NCBI RefSeq assembly: GCF_018977255.1
Contig: NW_024704743.1
Location: 89,096,001 to 89,160,000 of the forward strand
Direction of reading: 5' to 3'
Length of the DNA: 64,000 nt
From: Callorhinchus milii
Lineage: Eukaryota
The notes under the pieces were generated by a model, which ran no database searches, was not told the origin of the DNA, and saw only the letters and a list, made by a program, of their open reading frames with translations. Positions 12,263-25,919 of this stretch are shown one piece after another. The number at the start of each line of letters is the position of its first letter. Positions within the stretch are counted from its first letter, which is position 1. The position numbers and the translations under genes are program-made.

Positions 12263-14979
12263 GAACAGGTAGATGTTAGAGTTCATATGGCAGAATTGAA
12301 AGATTTCAAGCAGGTTAACATTTTCCCCACTGTCTTGGCCAGCAATCCTCCAAATTAATTGATCATTCATCTCAGGATTGTAGAGTGCTTTGGAAATTTT
12401 TATGTTATAGTTGTTATATCAATTTATTATTATTATTCATTATTCATATCCACTTGGCTGCCTCACCTCTCCTTCCTCATACCTTTCTTTCTTTCCATCA
12501 AGCATACTGTCCCCTAGCTACCTAACAGCTGTTCTCTCAATCTACAAGCACCCCCTTCTATGGGCCGTTAGTTAACCTGCTTGAAATTAGGCTTGTGTCT
12601 TTCAGATGTTTCAGCATGTGAAAGGTGTTACTTAAGTGCAAGTTGTTGTGCTGTGGAGTTACTGGAGTTAAAAAAAGTAGCTGGACCCCTAGCCTCATAT
12701 GAAATCATTCAATATTGCAGGCACAGAAAAAGGTGCAGAGGCGGAGTATTTTATTCAGTCTACCTATTTTGTCTTGGTGCGGAAAATATACTGTATAATC
12801 CTATTAAATAAAATTTTGTATTGAATAAAATTTTCACACCTATTATTTTGATATTTGATCATATCATTGCTAACAATTACTGCACTTTACATGAGCTATT
12901 AGACTTTAGACTGCTGGTGGAAAGCAATTTTCAGAAAGAAATTGTATAATCAGTGGATGTTAATAGCATCTATAAATGATCTGATCTTGTGATGAATAGA
13001 GTGATCAGAATGTCTGCATCAACAAGAGTCAAATTCATTTGCAAATGGGTAAAAATAGGATGATGGCTGAAATAGTTTCACAGAGCCGACTGGGAGCCCG
13101 AGCTAGGAGATGGAGAAGTAGTAGAGCTGAAAGAGGATGGAGGTGGTAGGTTGTGGAACCTGGTGTGGGAAAGGAGCCGAGCTGCAGATTTCTGGAATTC
13201 TAGGTACAGGAAAAAACAGAGTTTGGTATCATCCATGTATAATTGGAAGCAGACCCAGTATCTACGAATGGTGTCACTGAGTGGGGGGGATAGAGATAGG
13301 TATGATTAAAAGAAAATGAGAGAGAGAATGAACTACTGTAACTCATGATCTTATTTCCAATTATGCAGAGTTCATCTTGATCACTTGTTGACTTTTGAAG
13401 GTTGATTGGGAACTAAATTACCCGTGAAGCTAATGTGATCAAGTACTTAACTGTTCTTGACCTATCTATTGCATAAAGGCCGATTTTATCCGATACATTT
13501 TCCCTGTGATGCCCTGTTTCTTTCTTTGGGAAACAAATTAAAGTGATAAAAAAGTCCTCTATGATCAAAATGGCAAATAAGTAAATTGATGCTATGTTTA
13601 TACTCTACTTTTTGTAGCATATCGTTGAAAGAAATGCAGTATAATTCTGGATGGAGCAGCATGATGCAAAGGCAGATCTTACTGAAGAATAGTACTGAGA
13701 AACTCAATGCTACTGTTGAAGATATTATTTCAGTAGCGCTTCACCACTGGTCCCTTTGATTGCACAGTCTAAATAGTTCCAAAGAATCTTTTTTTAAAAA
13801 TATTATTATTAAAGAGATAATTGCAGGACTGCTCCTCACTAATCGGATGAAGATAAGCATAATCTTGCTCCCTGCTTCACATTGCTCGGCTCTGTGGAAG
13901 CAATATCACTTCCTTTGCTTCCAGCATTATCAACAGGGTAACATTATGTCCTCCAGACCAGCATCAGACAGGACATTGTCCTTGGCCCATCAGTTATTCA
14001 CTGCAGCATGTCCACACACTGCACAAGGTACTTCATGTCTGCTATATATCAGCAATCCTTTACTACATTAACCTAATGAGAAACAGTAATACCCTTGTGT
14101 AGTCAGAATAAATGTAATAGATTGCACATCTCAGATATATATGTACATATCTTCAGCTTTATTACTAGTTTATTCTTTATCCCTTTCTTAATAACCTGTA
14201 GTGATGCCCCGAACACTATCTTTTCAATTTGTTCCGCAATCTACTGTGATATATAACAGAGAGAGAGGAGCAGTACAATTAGAGAATAAAATTTTAAAAG
14301 ATAATATTCAGGATATTAAACATTGGAAGATCAGATCCAGAGCAAGCACTAAATCGATGCAATATTGAAATGCAATCAGCCTAATGCATCCATATGCTGC
14401 AGTAACAGAAGAAAGTATAGAACGAGAGAAACATTCTGATCATTAAACCCTCTCCTTCCACCCAATTATGTTTGATTTGCAGCAGTAGGGACATTGTCCA
14501 ATTCATTTAATCTCCTGATAGAGATGAATAACCTGAGGTAAAAGTTCCAAGAAACAAATTTGTTGCTGATCCTTGAAAGTGTTTGACTGTAAACTTCAGG
14601 ACCACAGTCTGACATTAAAGTGCAGCCTATGTTAATCACCCCTGCCTACTTGAATTATTGTTCCCAATGTCATAAAATGCCAGGAACTATAATGCTTTAA
14701 TTTTCTATATTGATGCTTATCCTTATTTCCTTCAATTTGTGTTTTTTCAACCAAACAGTCAGCCAATTAATTTGTTGGAATTAATTAAAAAGGTATTAAT
14801 GGTTGTTTAGAGGCTATCCTATATATATGTTAATTCTTTGTAATCTTTAGTTTTCCATTATGCTTGACAATTTTGAATTAGTTTGTGTTAATACATATAC
14901 ATGCAGTGTATATACATACAATTTATTAATGTATATATGTGTAGTATATTGGTACATATATATGAACAGTATATCAATA

Positions 14980-15350
14980 TATAATAATAATAATCATTCT
15001 TGTATTTTATATAACGCCTTATCACGTCTTTGAGACATCTCAAAGGGTTTCACAAAATATACTGTAAAGTGAATTAACCATATATTTTGTGGGCCAAACA
15101 TGGCAGCCAATTGCGCCCAGCAGTGTCCCACAAACAGCCATGGATTGAGTGACCAAATTATTTTTATTTATTTTGAAGGAATTATTACCCCGCAAAAGCG
15201 ATCTGCCAGTTGACGAACAACCGCGTTGCTACAGGCAAACAGATGTGTGTAGAGTAAGGAAACTTGCCCAACGTTTTGTCCTGCTTTGAATCGAACCCAG
15301 GTCCTCTGGCTTGCGAGGTGAGTGCTCTAACCACTAAGCTACAAGACTCC
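14980..15350 (-). mobile_element. tRNA-derived SINE, long variant
   Basis: tRNA head at ~15285-15350 plus an extra internal module (cgcaaaagcgatctgccagttgacgaacaaccgcg) absent from the 56014 copy. Confidence 0.9.
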
Positions 15351-15409
15351 ATGTATACATACACACTGTGTCTATATGTGCAGTATATCAGTATATATAT
15401 GAGCAATAG

Positions 15410-15790
15410 AATACAATTCGTATTTATATTGTGCCTATCGCATTAGGAGAACACCTCAAAGTGCTTTACCCTGCTGGCTGGGCATGTAGCCAGTCACCCA
15501 AGCTGAATAAAGTGAGGAGGGGAAGAATGACTTAAAATGCAGTCAAAGAGATAAACCTTGAGACAGGCTTTGAAAGTGGGTAGAGATGGGATGAGTCACT
15601 CTGGGATGGAGTTTCTGAATTGGGGCGGACAAAATGGCTGAAAGCCCATGTCCCACCAGTGTGGAAGGATTTGAAAGAGAGGATGAGAATTTTGAACTTG
15701 ATCCGCTGGAGGGTGGGGAGCCATTGGAGCTGAGGGAAGATGGAGGTGATAGACTTGTGGAGCCTGGTGTAGGAGAAGCCTGAGGGAACA
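15410..15790 (-). mobile_element. Older L2 3' fragment
   Basis: Minus-strand ORF ITSIFPQLQWLPTLQRIKFKILIL, the L2 ORF2 C-terminal LHWLP..RI.FK motif. Confidence 0.8.
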
Positions 15791-15807
15791 AGCATCAGAA
15801 AGCATGT

Positions 15808-16078
15808 CAAACAACAACAACAAATTACATTTGTATGTCGCCTTTCATGTCGGGAGAATGCCCCTAGTTGCTGGACAGTCAGGGATTTGGACCTGAATGG
15901 GGGGTGGTGGTGGAATCAGGAGGGGTGGAGGGCAGGGAGGGTAGGAGGGCTGCCGAAGGCATGAAGGTCTTGAGACGTGCCTTGAAGGAGGCAAGGGAGA
16001 GAGCAAAGTGAAGGGACTGTGGGATGGAGTTCCAAAGGGTGGAGTCAGAGAGGATGGAGGCCCGACCGCTGATGATGT
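15808..16078 (-). mobile_element. L2 3' end fragment
   Basis: GRAS...TLWNSIPQSLHFALSLASFKARLKT and (caa)n tail. Confidence 0.85.
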
Positions 16079-16437
16079 TTGTCTTCCAGCCATTTACTCT
16101 AAGATTCCTTTTAATGGCCAATTTGTACTGAGATTATCACAGTTAATAAAGTCACAGTATAAATCCAAGGCTAGAAATTCTGCTCAGTGTTAGCCTGTAA
16201 GTCTTATTTTGTCTTAAAAATTAAGATTGGCACAGATTTGTGCCAAACTCTTAAATTCTGTCTTAATTTGAAAGCCAGTTTTTGTTAAGAACTGTGAAAA
16301 AACACATTCCAAATTAAGACTGAATTTAATGGCTGAATTTAATGGTTGCAGTTCTCCACTGCCTTATGGCCTGCAACAAAGGATTTAGTTTTCCTTACTA
16401 TATAAAAGAAGATTGGGGCGTTTTGAATTCTGACCAG

Positions 16438-16519
16438 CCTGCAAGAAGAAATCCATCCTCCCAAGCCAAAGTTGGGGGACGTGTTGAAGCCCAAACCCGC
16501 CGAACCAAAGATCAAACAG
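16438..16519 (+). CDS. Candidate short coding exon of an unidentified gene
   Basis: ttttgaattctgaccag| ... CAG|gttgtt; CpG-retaining; reads LQEEIHPPKPKLGDVLKPKPAEPKIKQ; donor is weak. Confidence 0.3.
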
Positions 16520-17839
16520 GTTGTTAAGTGTACAAAATTACTGCATTTTCTTTTTTTGTGAAATTATCACATCACACCACATCTTTCACTCCTATAAGTG
16601 GACACACGTAGTGCTCTACTTTAGTTGTCAGAGACCTATTTGGAACCAGCAGCCCAACTGCATGCTGCCAGCAACAACCACATTGGATCAGTTATCATTT
16701 TACTCAGACTGCTACTCCATGCGGCAGTCTATGTATAATGGAATCATTAGATAACTTGCACATCTGCTCAAACAATTAAATACTCACATCTAGCAAGTGA
16801 TTTGACTAAAATGCTGGATCCTTCAGCAATGCAGATGTAATTTGACTTTAAGATGCATTATTCAGTTGTGTTCAACTTAATCCATACCATATAACCTTTT
16901 TTTGATAAGCATTGCCATGCTCACCAAAGAATTAATGTAAAGCATTTGTGTTTCTGTTTAATTTCATAAGTAAAGTATAATTGGGCTCATGATCTTAAAT
17001 AAAATATGATTGACAAGTTAATTTGACTGATGGAATGATTTTAAATCTCTTAAATTTCTGCCTTAGAATGTAAATCAGGGGGTCCTATGAGACACTGAAC
17101 ATCTGCCCTACGACAGTACAGCAGAAAGACTGTTTGAAACATGAGGTCTAGACATAATATATTCCTTTTACTCTCAGCATCTAATCTACCACTGAGTTCT
17201 CTCCTTAGTTAATCCTTCAGGGAGTTAACGCATCAATGATCTGTGCAACATGTTGGGTTTCATTTACCGCAGTGTGACATTTGGAATAACCAGTTGAATG
17301 TTTCAATAAATGATATCCATAAATTTATGTCTACAGAAATATCAGACTCCATAAGAGAAAGGAGTTTCTCCTTGGGTTCTGGCCAACAACCTTCCCCCCA
17401 TATTTTTTAAAATTGGTTATTCACTTCAAGCCTATTTGTGGGACATTCACAAGATCACAAATTGGCTGCTGTGTTTACGACAAATACAGTCGCTAAAGTC
17501 TCCAGTAAACCTTGTGAAGCTCTTGTGAGAGATTCTGATGACTGAATAAAGAGCTATTTCAAAAGCAAGGATTATTATTATTATTATTAGAAACATTAAT
17601 TATGTTTTTATTCTGCCAGTAAATGGACGAAACTCAGAGACTCCCTGCTCTCTGCACATTTTGGCAATTGTGACTTAACTGAAAACTAAATTACTTGGCT
17701 TAGGCTCATTCTGTAAGATGTTTTTCAATGACAATGTAAAAAGGTGGTATAAATTATACAAAGATAATATAGACTCATGACCTGACATTGGACTGGAGGA
17801 GGAATAATACAAAAATGCAAAGCTGGAACATGAATTGAA

Positions 17840-18166
17840 GGGTGAAATTGGCACTTGTGATGTGTTAACACAATGCTATAAATGCGGCCAATCAATGTCT
17901 TAATTTATTGACTGGTCCACTCATGGACCACCCTTTATTAAATTCTATCTCTATGAATGGGCCCAAAGGTGAATTGGAGCACCAATTAGCAGGATACCAG
18001 GTCACATCTAATTATTTGTTGAATTAAGCTTGTATCCAGCACTTCATAAAGTAGCCCTATTGTCCAATAGGTTGTGCAATTTGTTTTTGGATTCAGAGAG
18101 GAGAGGGAAAACAACAACAAAAATGACACATTGAATAATAATAATTAACACATCACAATTTTCACC
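17840..18166. mobile_element. MITE-like element with terminal inverted repeats
   Basis: Left ggtgaaattggcacttgtgatgtgttaa; right ttaacacatcacaattttcacc (reverse complement matches with an indel). Confidence 0.6.
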
Positions 18167-19459
18167 ACCACCCTAAAAACACAAATGCTGGAAATCCGTA
18201 GCAGATCGAACAGCCTCTGAATTTCCTCAAATGATTAATTTCCTCTCAGTTTAGTGCAATCATTATTTTTAAATTTCCTAAGAATTACTTTCTTCATGAC
18301 TTGCTTTCCTTTTTCATTATGAAGGAGCGACGCACCCTGACTATTTAATTCTAGGAAGTGTTAGGTGCAGTTTGAGCTACAACCATAGAGATTGCCATTG
18401 AGAGTGTTCCTCAGAGCTCTATCCTTGGTCCTCTTCTCTACAACATGTATATGAAAAAAATACTATCTTTGAGAGGATGAGTGCAGCAGGATATTATGTG
18501 TGTAGCATAATGTGTTGTTTATTATTGCACTTAGCTTTTTGTAACCATAGCAACACACCTTAGAGAAAAGTCAGACTATTGAGTACTAGAGTTAGAATGA
18601 TTCTGTCAATTTGAAAGAATGGATCTGTAAGCCTAAACTCAGAGCACCAATTACCTAGAGAGAACGGCAGAGCAATGAGTGATAAATCTGAAGAATTGGA
18701 TGCACTGAACCACACATATTCCATTTTGCAGTCACATTGTTCCATTTCACAACCATATTGTATCACAAATTCACTAAAGAAGAGTTGTAGATATGTGCAT
18801 AAACTATTTGCCTTCCCTATGAGTCTTAGTGGGCAGCACTGGGAGAGATTGTAGATCAATATTATGTAATAGGTGAAGTGGGGAGTTTCCTGGGAGCAGA
18901 CGCATTGGGCCATGAGGTTCTCTTTCACTCTTTCCTGTCTATGTATATTCAAGATTATAAACAGATAATGAGTAACAATGGAAAATACATATAAAATATA
19001 TAAAATGGATTTTGGTAGAGAGAGACATCCTTGAAGGATAGTTTCTTTACATTATTTCCCCAAATGTAGCAATCCACACTTAACATACACGCACACCACA
19101 TTCATAAAAATAGTACACTTAAAATTTCTATATTGCAAGTATAATAATGTCTTAATTATTATCAAAATAATTTATTGCCTTCGTGGACTCTGGTTCTGGA
19201 GGAGGGACATAACCCAGGATTACTGCTCCTGAAATAAACACATGGGATGCTGGAAGTGTATAGTATCCTGATCCTTGGACCCTGATCAGAAATGAACTAG
19301 GCATCTTTTGTAGGGTAGAGGAGGATAGAAGGACCAAACAAAGACCGAGGATGCAGTTAATAGTGAATAATAACAAAGAAATAAATTATTAATAGTAACT
19401 ATTGTACGTATACAACTGAGGTTGCAATCATTGACTGTTTCCGGAAGGGGCAAAATCTT

Positions 19460-19737
19460 AGGGAAGTTTCCTTACTCTACACACACGCCTCTACACACCT
19501 AGCAATAAGTAGGAACGCGATTGTTAGTTGATTGGCGGATTGCTTTTCCGGGGGTAATAATCCCTTCAAAAAAAAAAATTGGTCACTGAATCCATGACTG
19601 TTTGTGGAACACTGCTTCGTGCAATTGGCTGCCAATCCATTTTACAGTATATTCTGTGAAGCACTTTGAGATGTCTGGAAGACATGATAAGGCGCTAAAT
19701 AAAATGCAAGTATTATTGTCATTATTATTATTATTGT
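19460..19737 (+). mobile_element. tRNA-derived SINE, long variant, 5'-truncated
   Basis: aagtttccttactctacac, extra module cgcgattgttagttgattggcggattgcttttccgg, (tta)n tail. Confidence 0.85.
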
Positions 19738-20004
19738 TGACAGACTGGAATGTTGAGAAACGTGCAAAAGGAAGACAGGAATAAGGAGGCATGAGATTCC
19801 AATATAATTCTGCTAACATAACATCTGGGGAAGTGGTGAGAAATGTAGCACACAGCTGGATTGTAATAGATACAAAGGATGGGATGCTAAAAATTATTTT
19901 CTAATTCTCTCCCATTAACATATAATTCTGTTCCCGGTAAAATAGCAAACTATTGAAAGGTAATAATTATACCATTGAGGGATGTAGGTTGTTGATAACT
20001 GTAA

Positions 20005-20775
20005 GCTGCTGAACAAATCCACACAACTTAAGATGTTTATTCTCACTTATTTACGCTGGTCTCACTGGAGTTCTGTGCTCCAGTATAGTCATGCTTGAGC
20101 CAGTCACACAAAATTGATACTCAACTCAATGAATCCTGTAGAATCATCACCGGGACTTTGCAACCAACTTCCACACTGTCACTCTACTGTCTCGTGGGGT
20201 TTTGCAGCACAATCAGTGAGGCAGAATACCTTCAATAAAAAGGAGAGACAAAAACAGATATATGATACAAGACACCCACCGCATAGACACATTCCACCTC
20301 CCAAGAGGCTGAAGTCCAGAAAAACTTTTGCCTCTGAAAATCCCTTACCCCAAAATATCACTGTGGAAACCTATAGAGTAACAAAATGGCCGGAAATGTC
20401 AATGATCTTAGAGAACTTGGTTTCTTCAGAAAAACTGAACAGCTCTCTCCTGGCACTCGAACAAAACCACTGGTGTAGCCCTGAATCAAGCGAGAGCTGG
20501 GGTGGCAAAGCCTACTGATAATATGATCAAGTGGAAGCTGAGAAGTTACCTCAGATATGAATGTGGGGAGCCTAGGCAAACACTTGGAACACTGCCTGAC
20601 GCAGTGTCCCCTGTCTACATCCTGCAATCTCAAGGAACTATTCAAAATAAATGACAGCACTGCATTGCACTTCTGGTATTCAAAGTCTATATATTGTTGG
20701 AATCCCATAATAGGATGTGCTTTTGTAACAAGTGACAAGTGTGTCTACTTTGTCTGCTGAATCAGACCCAAATCA
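20005..20775 (+). mobile_element. Vingi/Ingi-like (I group) non-LTR retrotransposon 3' fragment
   Basis: Across frameshifts: EFCAPV*S...HKIDTQLNESCRIITGTLQPT...ALNQARAGVAK...NMIKW...(Y)ECGEPRQTLEHCLTQCP; post-RT motif plus CCHC-type knuckle, no RNase H between them. Confidence 0.8.
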
Positions 20776-22362
20776 ATTCATTCTTACCTTGATCCCCCGT
20801 CAGGGAGGCAGCATGGAACAAGTAATTTCAAATGCCTTTCAATTTCAATTTTTGTTCATGGAGTGCAATGTATTTATTGAGATTGAGTTAAGGCATTGCA
20901 AGATGAATTTCAATTTCTGTGGGTTTGTCGGATTAGACACAATGCTGGCTTAAATTGACATGAAACGTGGACCTTTTTAACTTTCTAAGAAGAAGGTTTT
21001 AATGAAAACATAAATACTGTCAGCTTCTGTTGTGTTCCTTTTTCATCTCTACTGTGCTAGAGGAAAGATCTGAATAGTTCTTTTTTTTCTTATAGCAATG
21101 AGAATCATTAATTGGCAAAATCCCTTCTCATTCCCTTGAGGTTAATAATAGAGGATCATGTAACTGCACTGTGACAGGAAGTGGGTGCAAAGATTTTCTC
21201 CTGGCCAGCTATTTCTCTATTTACACGAGACCCAAGATGAACATTCAAGTTTTCAGTCCATTGTAAAGCAATAAAAACGTGGGCTGTGAAAAACTAGAAA
21301 TGAACATATTATTCCTGTTTTGACATCATGCCACAATCCCACGCGCTTCAAAAAATATGAAAGTTATTTCTGTGCAAAGTGATATCATGAAATTCCGGTC
21401 AGAGAAGGTCTGAGGCGATTAGTTCTCTGAGGGCGATAAATACCGTTGCAAAGATAAGCACTTTTCATTGAACTGCGATCGCTGCAAAGCAAATAAGACC
21501 TACCTATGTTCCATTAGAACTTCTCTGATGTTGGAGAGCTGAGCCAGGGTCAGAGGACAAACACTCAAACTAATATTTAAGCAATAATGGGTCTGTGTGA
21601 GTTGTGCTGCATGTAATTGAGGATTGAAGAACGAGATCAAAAGCTGAGCATTTTCAATTAAACTGATGCCCTCAACTAGAATTTAATATATGACTGCAAA
21701 GTTCTTGTTGTGATTTAATTCTGCTTTAAAACTATACTCAATGTTTTTCCTTGTTGTCCATGGATTCTGATAGTATTCGAATTGTTCACTAGAGCACATC
21801 AACAACATAAAACGCTTTGATTTTATTGTTAACCTGGTGAACTATGAAAACCAATAAACACTAAAGTTATTGACGGCTTCAATAAAACTTTTTTTTCCTT
21901 ACTATGACCTTATTAAAGTTCTTCAGTATGCATTCTGTAACAGGCAGTCTCTGTTTTGGGCATGCTCTTAGGAAGTGCCCATCAATCTTTAAACCTCATT
22001 ATCATTTAAATAGTCAATAGAGCAAAAAATAGTCTGATTATAATTGAAATTTTAATTGTTTAACTTCCTGAAATAACATTTTGTGATATTGCTGTGTCTT
22101 TCAAAGGACATTTGGATTGGAGAAAGTTTAAATAATTTTGAGGCTAATTCTGCATTTAATCTGCTTCTATTTTATGGGTCTTCAATCTTCAGAGAACATT
22201 TCAACATACAACATAAAGGTCAGAGCATCTAAAGGAAGTTATCAATTTTGTGCTGGGTCTTGTTGCTTCTGGGATAAAGATTCCAGATTCCCTAATAAAG
22301 AATTTCACTGTGTAAATGGCAGTAACCAAGAGGGTGTTGTGCCGATTTCAGGAGCTGTACTT

Positions 22363-22816
22363 ACTCCACTGGCTTCCCATCACACAGAGCATACAGTTCA
22401 AGATCCTGGTCCTCACCTTCAAAACAGTCCACGGTCTTGCTCCACCCTACCTCTCTGACCTCCTAAACCCTTACCACCCTGTTTGTTCCCTCCGCTCAGC
22501 GAGCTCCAGCCTGTTTCACGTCCCCTGCCTTGCTCGCCCCACTATCAGCAGGTGGGCCTTCCGCCACTCTGCAACCACCCTCTGGGACTCCATCCCGCAG
22601 TCACTCCATCTCACCCTCTCCCTTGCCACCTTCAAAACCCACCTCAAGACCCTCCTCTTTGAGCTTGCTTTCGATCTCCCTGATTCCTCCCCCGCCCACC
22701 CCCTCCCCCACTCCGACCCTCAGCTCGGGTCCGTAACTTTGTCTGTCCAGCGCTTTGGGACGTCCTCTCAACGTGAAATGCGCTATACAAATGTAATTTT
22801 GTTGTTGTAGTTGTTG
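22363..22816 (+). mobile_element. L2 3' fragment
   Basis: LHWLPITQSIQFKILVLTFK...GLAPPYLSDLL...SLATFKTHLKTLLF and (ttg)n tail. Confidence 0.95.
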
Positions 22817-24639
22817 TACTCAGATATGGCCTTCCTCTGGTGCACAGTTTTTACAGGTCAATGGCAATTCTAGTCAGACTCCTGTAAGGTTGAAGTTAAA
22901 AAAAATACTCAGCAGGGATTATTCCACTTACAAAATTTGATAGAGAATTTCTGCCTCTCTTGCATGTGGCTCCAAAAGCTGTGGAATGAGAGTGTGGATT
23001 GGGGGTATTTTCAGAACTTCCAGCACTGCTACCCTGCAACCACAAGTCATTGTATAGGCAAGTTTTTCTGCAGGACAAACAGCTTGTCAGCTTGTCAATG
23101 AAAGCTGGAATCTCTCACTTGGCATTTGTATGAGCAATAAAGCGGATGGATTCATCCACATGTAAAAGCAACACTGGTTCTTGAACTAGTGACCAAAATG
23201 GTCAATGCTACCATTCTCTTCATTATGCGGCACTTGAAAATAAAGAGTCCCAAAGTTTATTTTACTTCAAAGAAAATGAAAGCTAAGCGAATGCTTTGTG
23301 TCTCAATAAAAAAAATGAAGTCCTCATAAAAACACATTCCTAAACACTTTTTTGTGACATGTTCCATTATTTTAATGTAAATGAAAATTTATAAGCCTGT
23401 GCTATTATCTACAATAATTAATTTATACTTCTAAAGCAAACAAACCAATTGCGTTCTACAAAGTTTTAAAAAGTTCCGAAATATAGCTGTGGAGTGTGAA
23501 ATTCAAAGGGAAAATGATTGAAGTGCAAATTTGTAAAAGCTAGGTTTTCAGGGCAGGACATTGAAAAACACTGTGATGGAAGGTTGGTTGGATGAGATTT
23601 CTTGAAGGATGAGATCAGAGGGGCCAAAGGGCCTTCTTCATCCATACCTCTTTTCCGATTAGCAAATAGTTTTATGTAACTCTGGTATTCTGTTAAGTCA
23701 GTGTTATTTTTTATGGTATTAGAAACAACACAGCCGCAGAATAAAGGCCACAGGGATCTTAACTGCCTTCCCTTGAGAAAAATGACACATTTAATATTTA
23801 ATATTAACATATTTTCTGTTATTTTTCTCTGTATTTGATCTATTGTGTGAGTCATCACAAACTGCACCAGATTTCGTAGATAGCTTGCAGGGATCCATCT
23901 CCCTGTCACACAGCAATGAGCTGCACACATGGATAATTTAAGGGCTGTTAACCCTAAACTGATTTTCTTTTGAAGGTATTTTTAAAGCACAGACATGTCT
24001 GAGTGATTTGTAGAAATCTAACACATGAAGCTTTCAGGACATGCATATTTTCAAAACAAAATCACTTGTCAACTTTGTTTAAAATCATTTAAAGCTTTAT
24101 CATTTAGGTACTAATATTGGAAGTCAGTTTCACGGGTTAGGATGTGCACAGTTCCCAGTTTGCCCATTAGTCGAACAATGAGCATCTCAACAGAAGTCAT
24201 TTCTGAAATTTGGTTAAAATAGAACAAAGGTTCCATTAATCTAGTTAATTAAGTATTAAGTCAGTGTTCACAAACACATTACACGCATGTTCATGTGAGA
24301 GAAACGCATACAGAAACGATGAGTTTCTGCTCATCAGTAAATTGATTCACCCACGCAGATAAATGCATCTTCTCAGCCATTCTGTATATTAACAGTTCAT
24401 CATAAAGGGATTTTCCATGATAAATTCACCACCAAAGTAGACAAATTTATCAGCCAGCTGAGCATAAGATATTTGCACTTGTCAAAACCAACATATTTAT
24501 TTACAATTGAAGAATCAACACCAGAAATCTTTAGAATCAAATGAAGTATTATTTTTTAAAATCTGTTTTCTCTTTATGTGGTTTTTCGATGCTTTTCTTT
24601 AGATTTTAGATTTTAATACTGTATGTCTTTCCTACTTTA

Positions 24640-25030
24640 GAGTCTCGCTCACCCCTACTTCTGCGACCTACTAACCTCCTATCAACTTGTCCACTCCCTC
24701 TGCTCAGCATGCTCCGGCCTGCTTCATACCCGCCTGCCTCACCCGCCCCATTATCGGCAAGGGGACCTTCTGCCACTCTGCCCCCACAAACTGGAACTCC
24801 ATGTGGCCATCCCTCCTACCTCATCCAATCCCTTGCCTCCTTCAAGACTCATCTCAAAACTCCCTCTTCGATCATGGCTTCAGTCACCCTCCTTCCTCCC
24901 CTGCCCTCCATTCTCCCCAATCCCAACCCCCTGCTCAGGTCTGAAAGACTGATTGTCCAGCGCCAGGAATGTCCTCCCGACATGAAAGGCGTTATACAAA
25001 TGTACTTTTTGTTGTTTCGTTGTTGTTGCT
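24640..25030 (+). mobile_element. L2 3' fragment
   Basis: SLASFKTHLKT remnant and L2 tail. Confidence 0.85.
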
Positions 25031-25400
25031 TGGAGAGTTTCACCCAGGCCTTGATGTTTGACAGGCAACTGGACAGAAAATCAGTAGACGTGGAATCCAG
25101 AGTGGAAGTGCAAAAGTACATTTGGGTGACATCCAAATACGAGGTTAACCCCATGTCTGCAGATGTCATCACTAAAAGGAAACATGTAGTTGAGGAAAAC
25201 GAGGGGGGCCGTAGATGGAGTCCTGAGGTATTCCATTGGTGACCGCGTGAAGAAGGGAGGAGAGGTCATTGGAGAAGACAAGGTGGTGGGTCAGATAGGA
25301 TTGGAACCAAGAGATTACGGTCTAATGGAAGTAGATACGGAAGAGAAGCGATTGAGAATAATGGACAGCTTAATATTATCAGACATTTACAAATGATGGA
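25031..25400 (-). mobile_element. Old L2 RT-region fragment
   Basis: Minus strand PFSDDICRHGVN and DVTQMYF...CLSNIKAW, matching [23 protein letters not shown]...CLSDI at 60.0 kb. Confidence 0.75.
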
Positions 25401-25548
25401 TAGGACTGTAGGTATAAACCTTATTGCTTGTAGTGGTATCAGGGGATGAATAATAATAAATATTGATTCATTTTTAATATCAATGTCACTATCTACCCAA
25501 TATATGTGGCATTAAGTGTACAAAGACATTGTATTGGAAATATATAGA

Positions 25549-25910
25549 TGTCAGCATGGCACAATTGGTAGCACTCTCGTTTCTGAGTCAGACAGTTGTG
25601 GGTTCAAGGTACACATCAGGATTTTGAGTTCATGAACTTGGCTGGACATAAAAAATGAGATTCCTTGTGCTTGTTCAGGTGGATATTAAAGATCCCATGA
25701 AACTATTTGAAAGAGGAAGGAGTTTCTGGTCAACAATCCCCCAGATAAAATTGGTAACTTACTTCATAGCTGTTTGTGGGACATTACTGTGCACAAATTG
25801 GCTGCCATTCACCCAAACAATACATATATAGTAAATTACAGTAAATTCTGTGAAATGCTTCGCGATGCCTTGATGTTGTGAAAGGTGCTTTATCAAAATA
25901 AAAAGATTAC
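25549..25910 (+). mobile_element. Older Deu-domain tRNA SINE (SacSINE1-like)
   Basis: tgtcagcatggcacaattggtagcactctcg...gtgggttcaag head; aaagatcccatg and gtttgtgggacattactgtgcacaaattggctgcc core. Confidence 0.85.
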
Positions 25911-25919
25911 TTTTCTGTC

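Noticed and set aside
18560..18952. 130-aa minus-strand ORF
   Set aside because: Composition looks like translated non-coding DNA; no motif recognised
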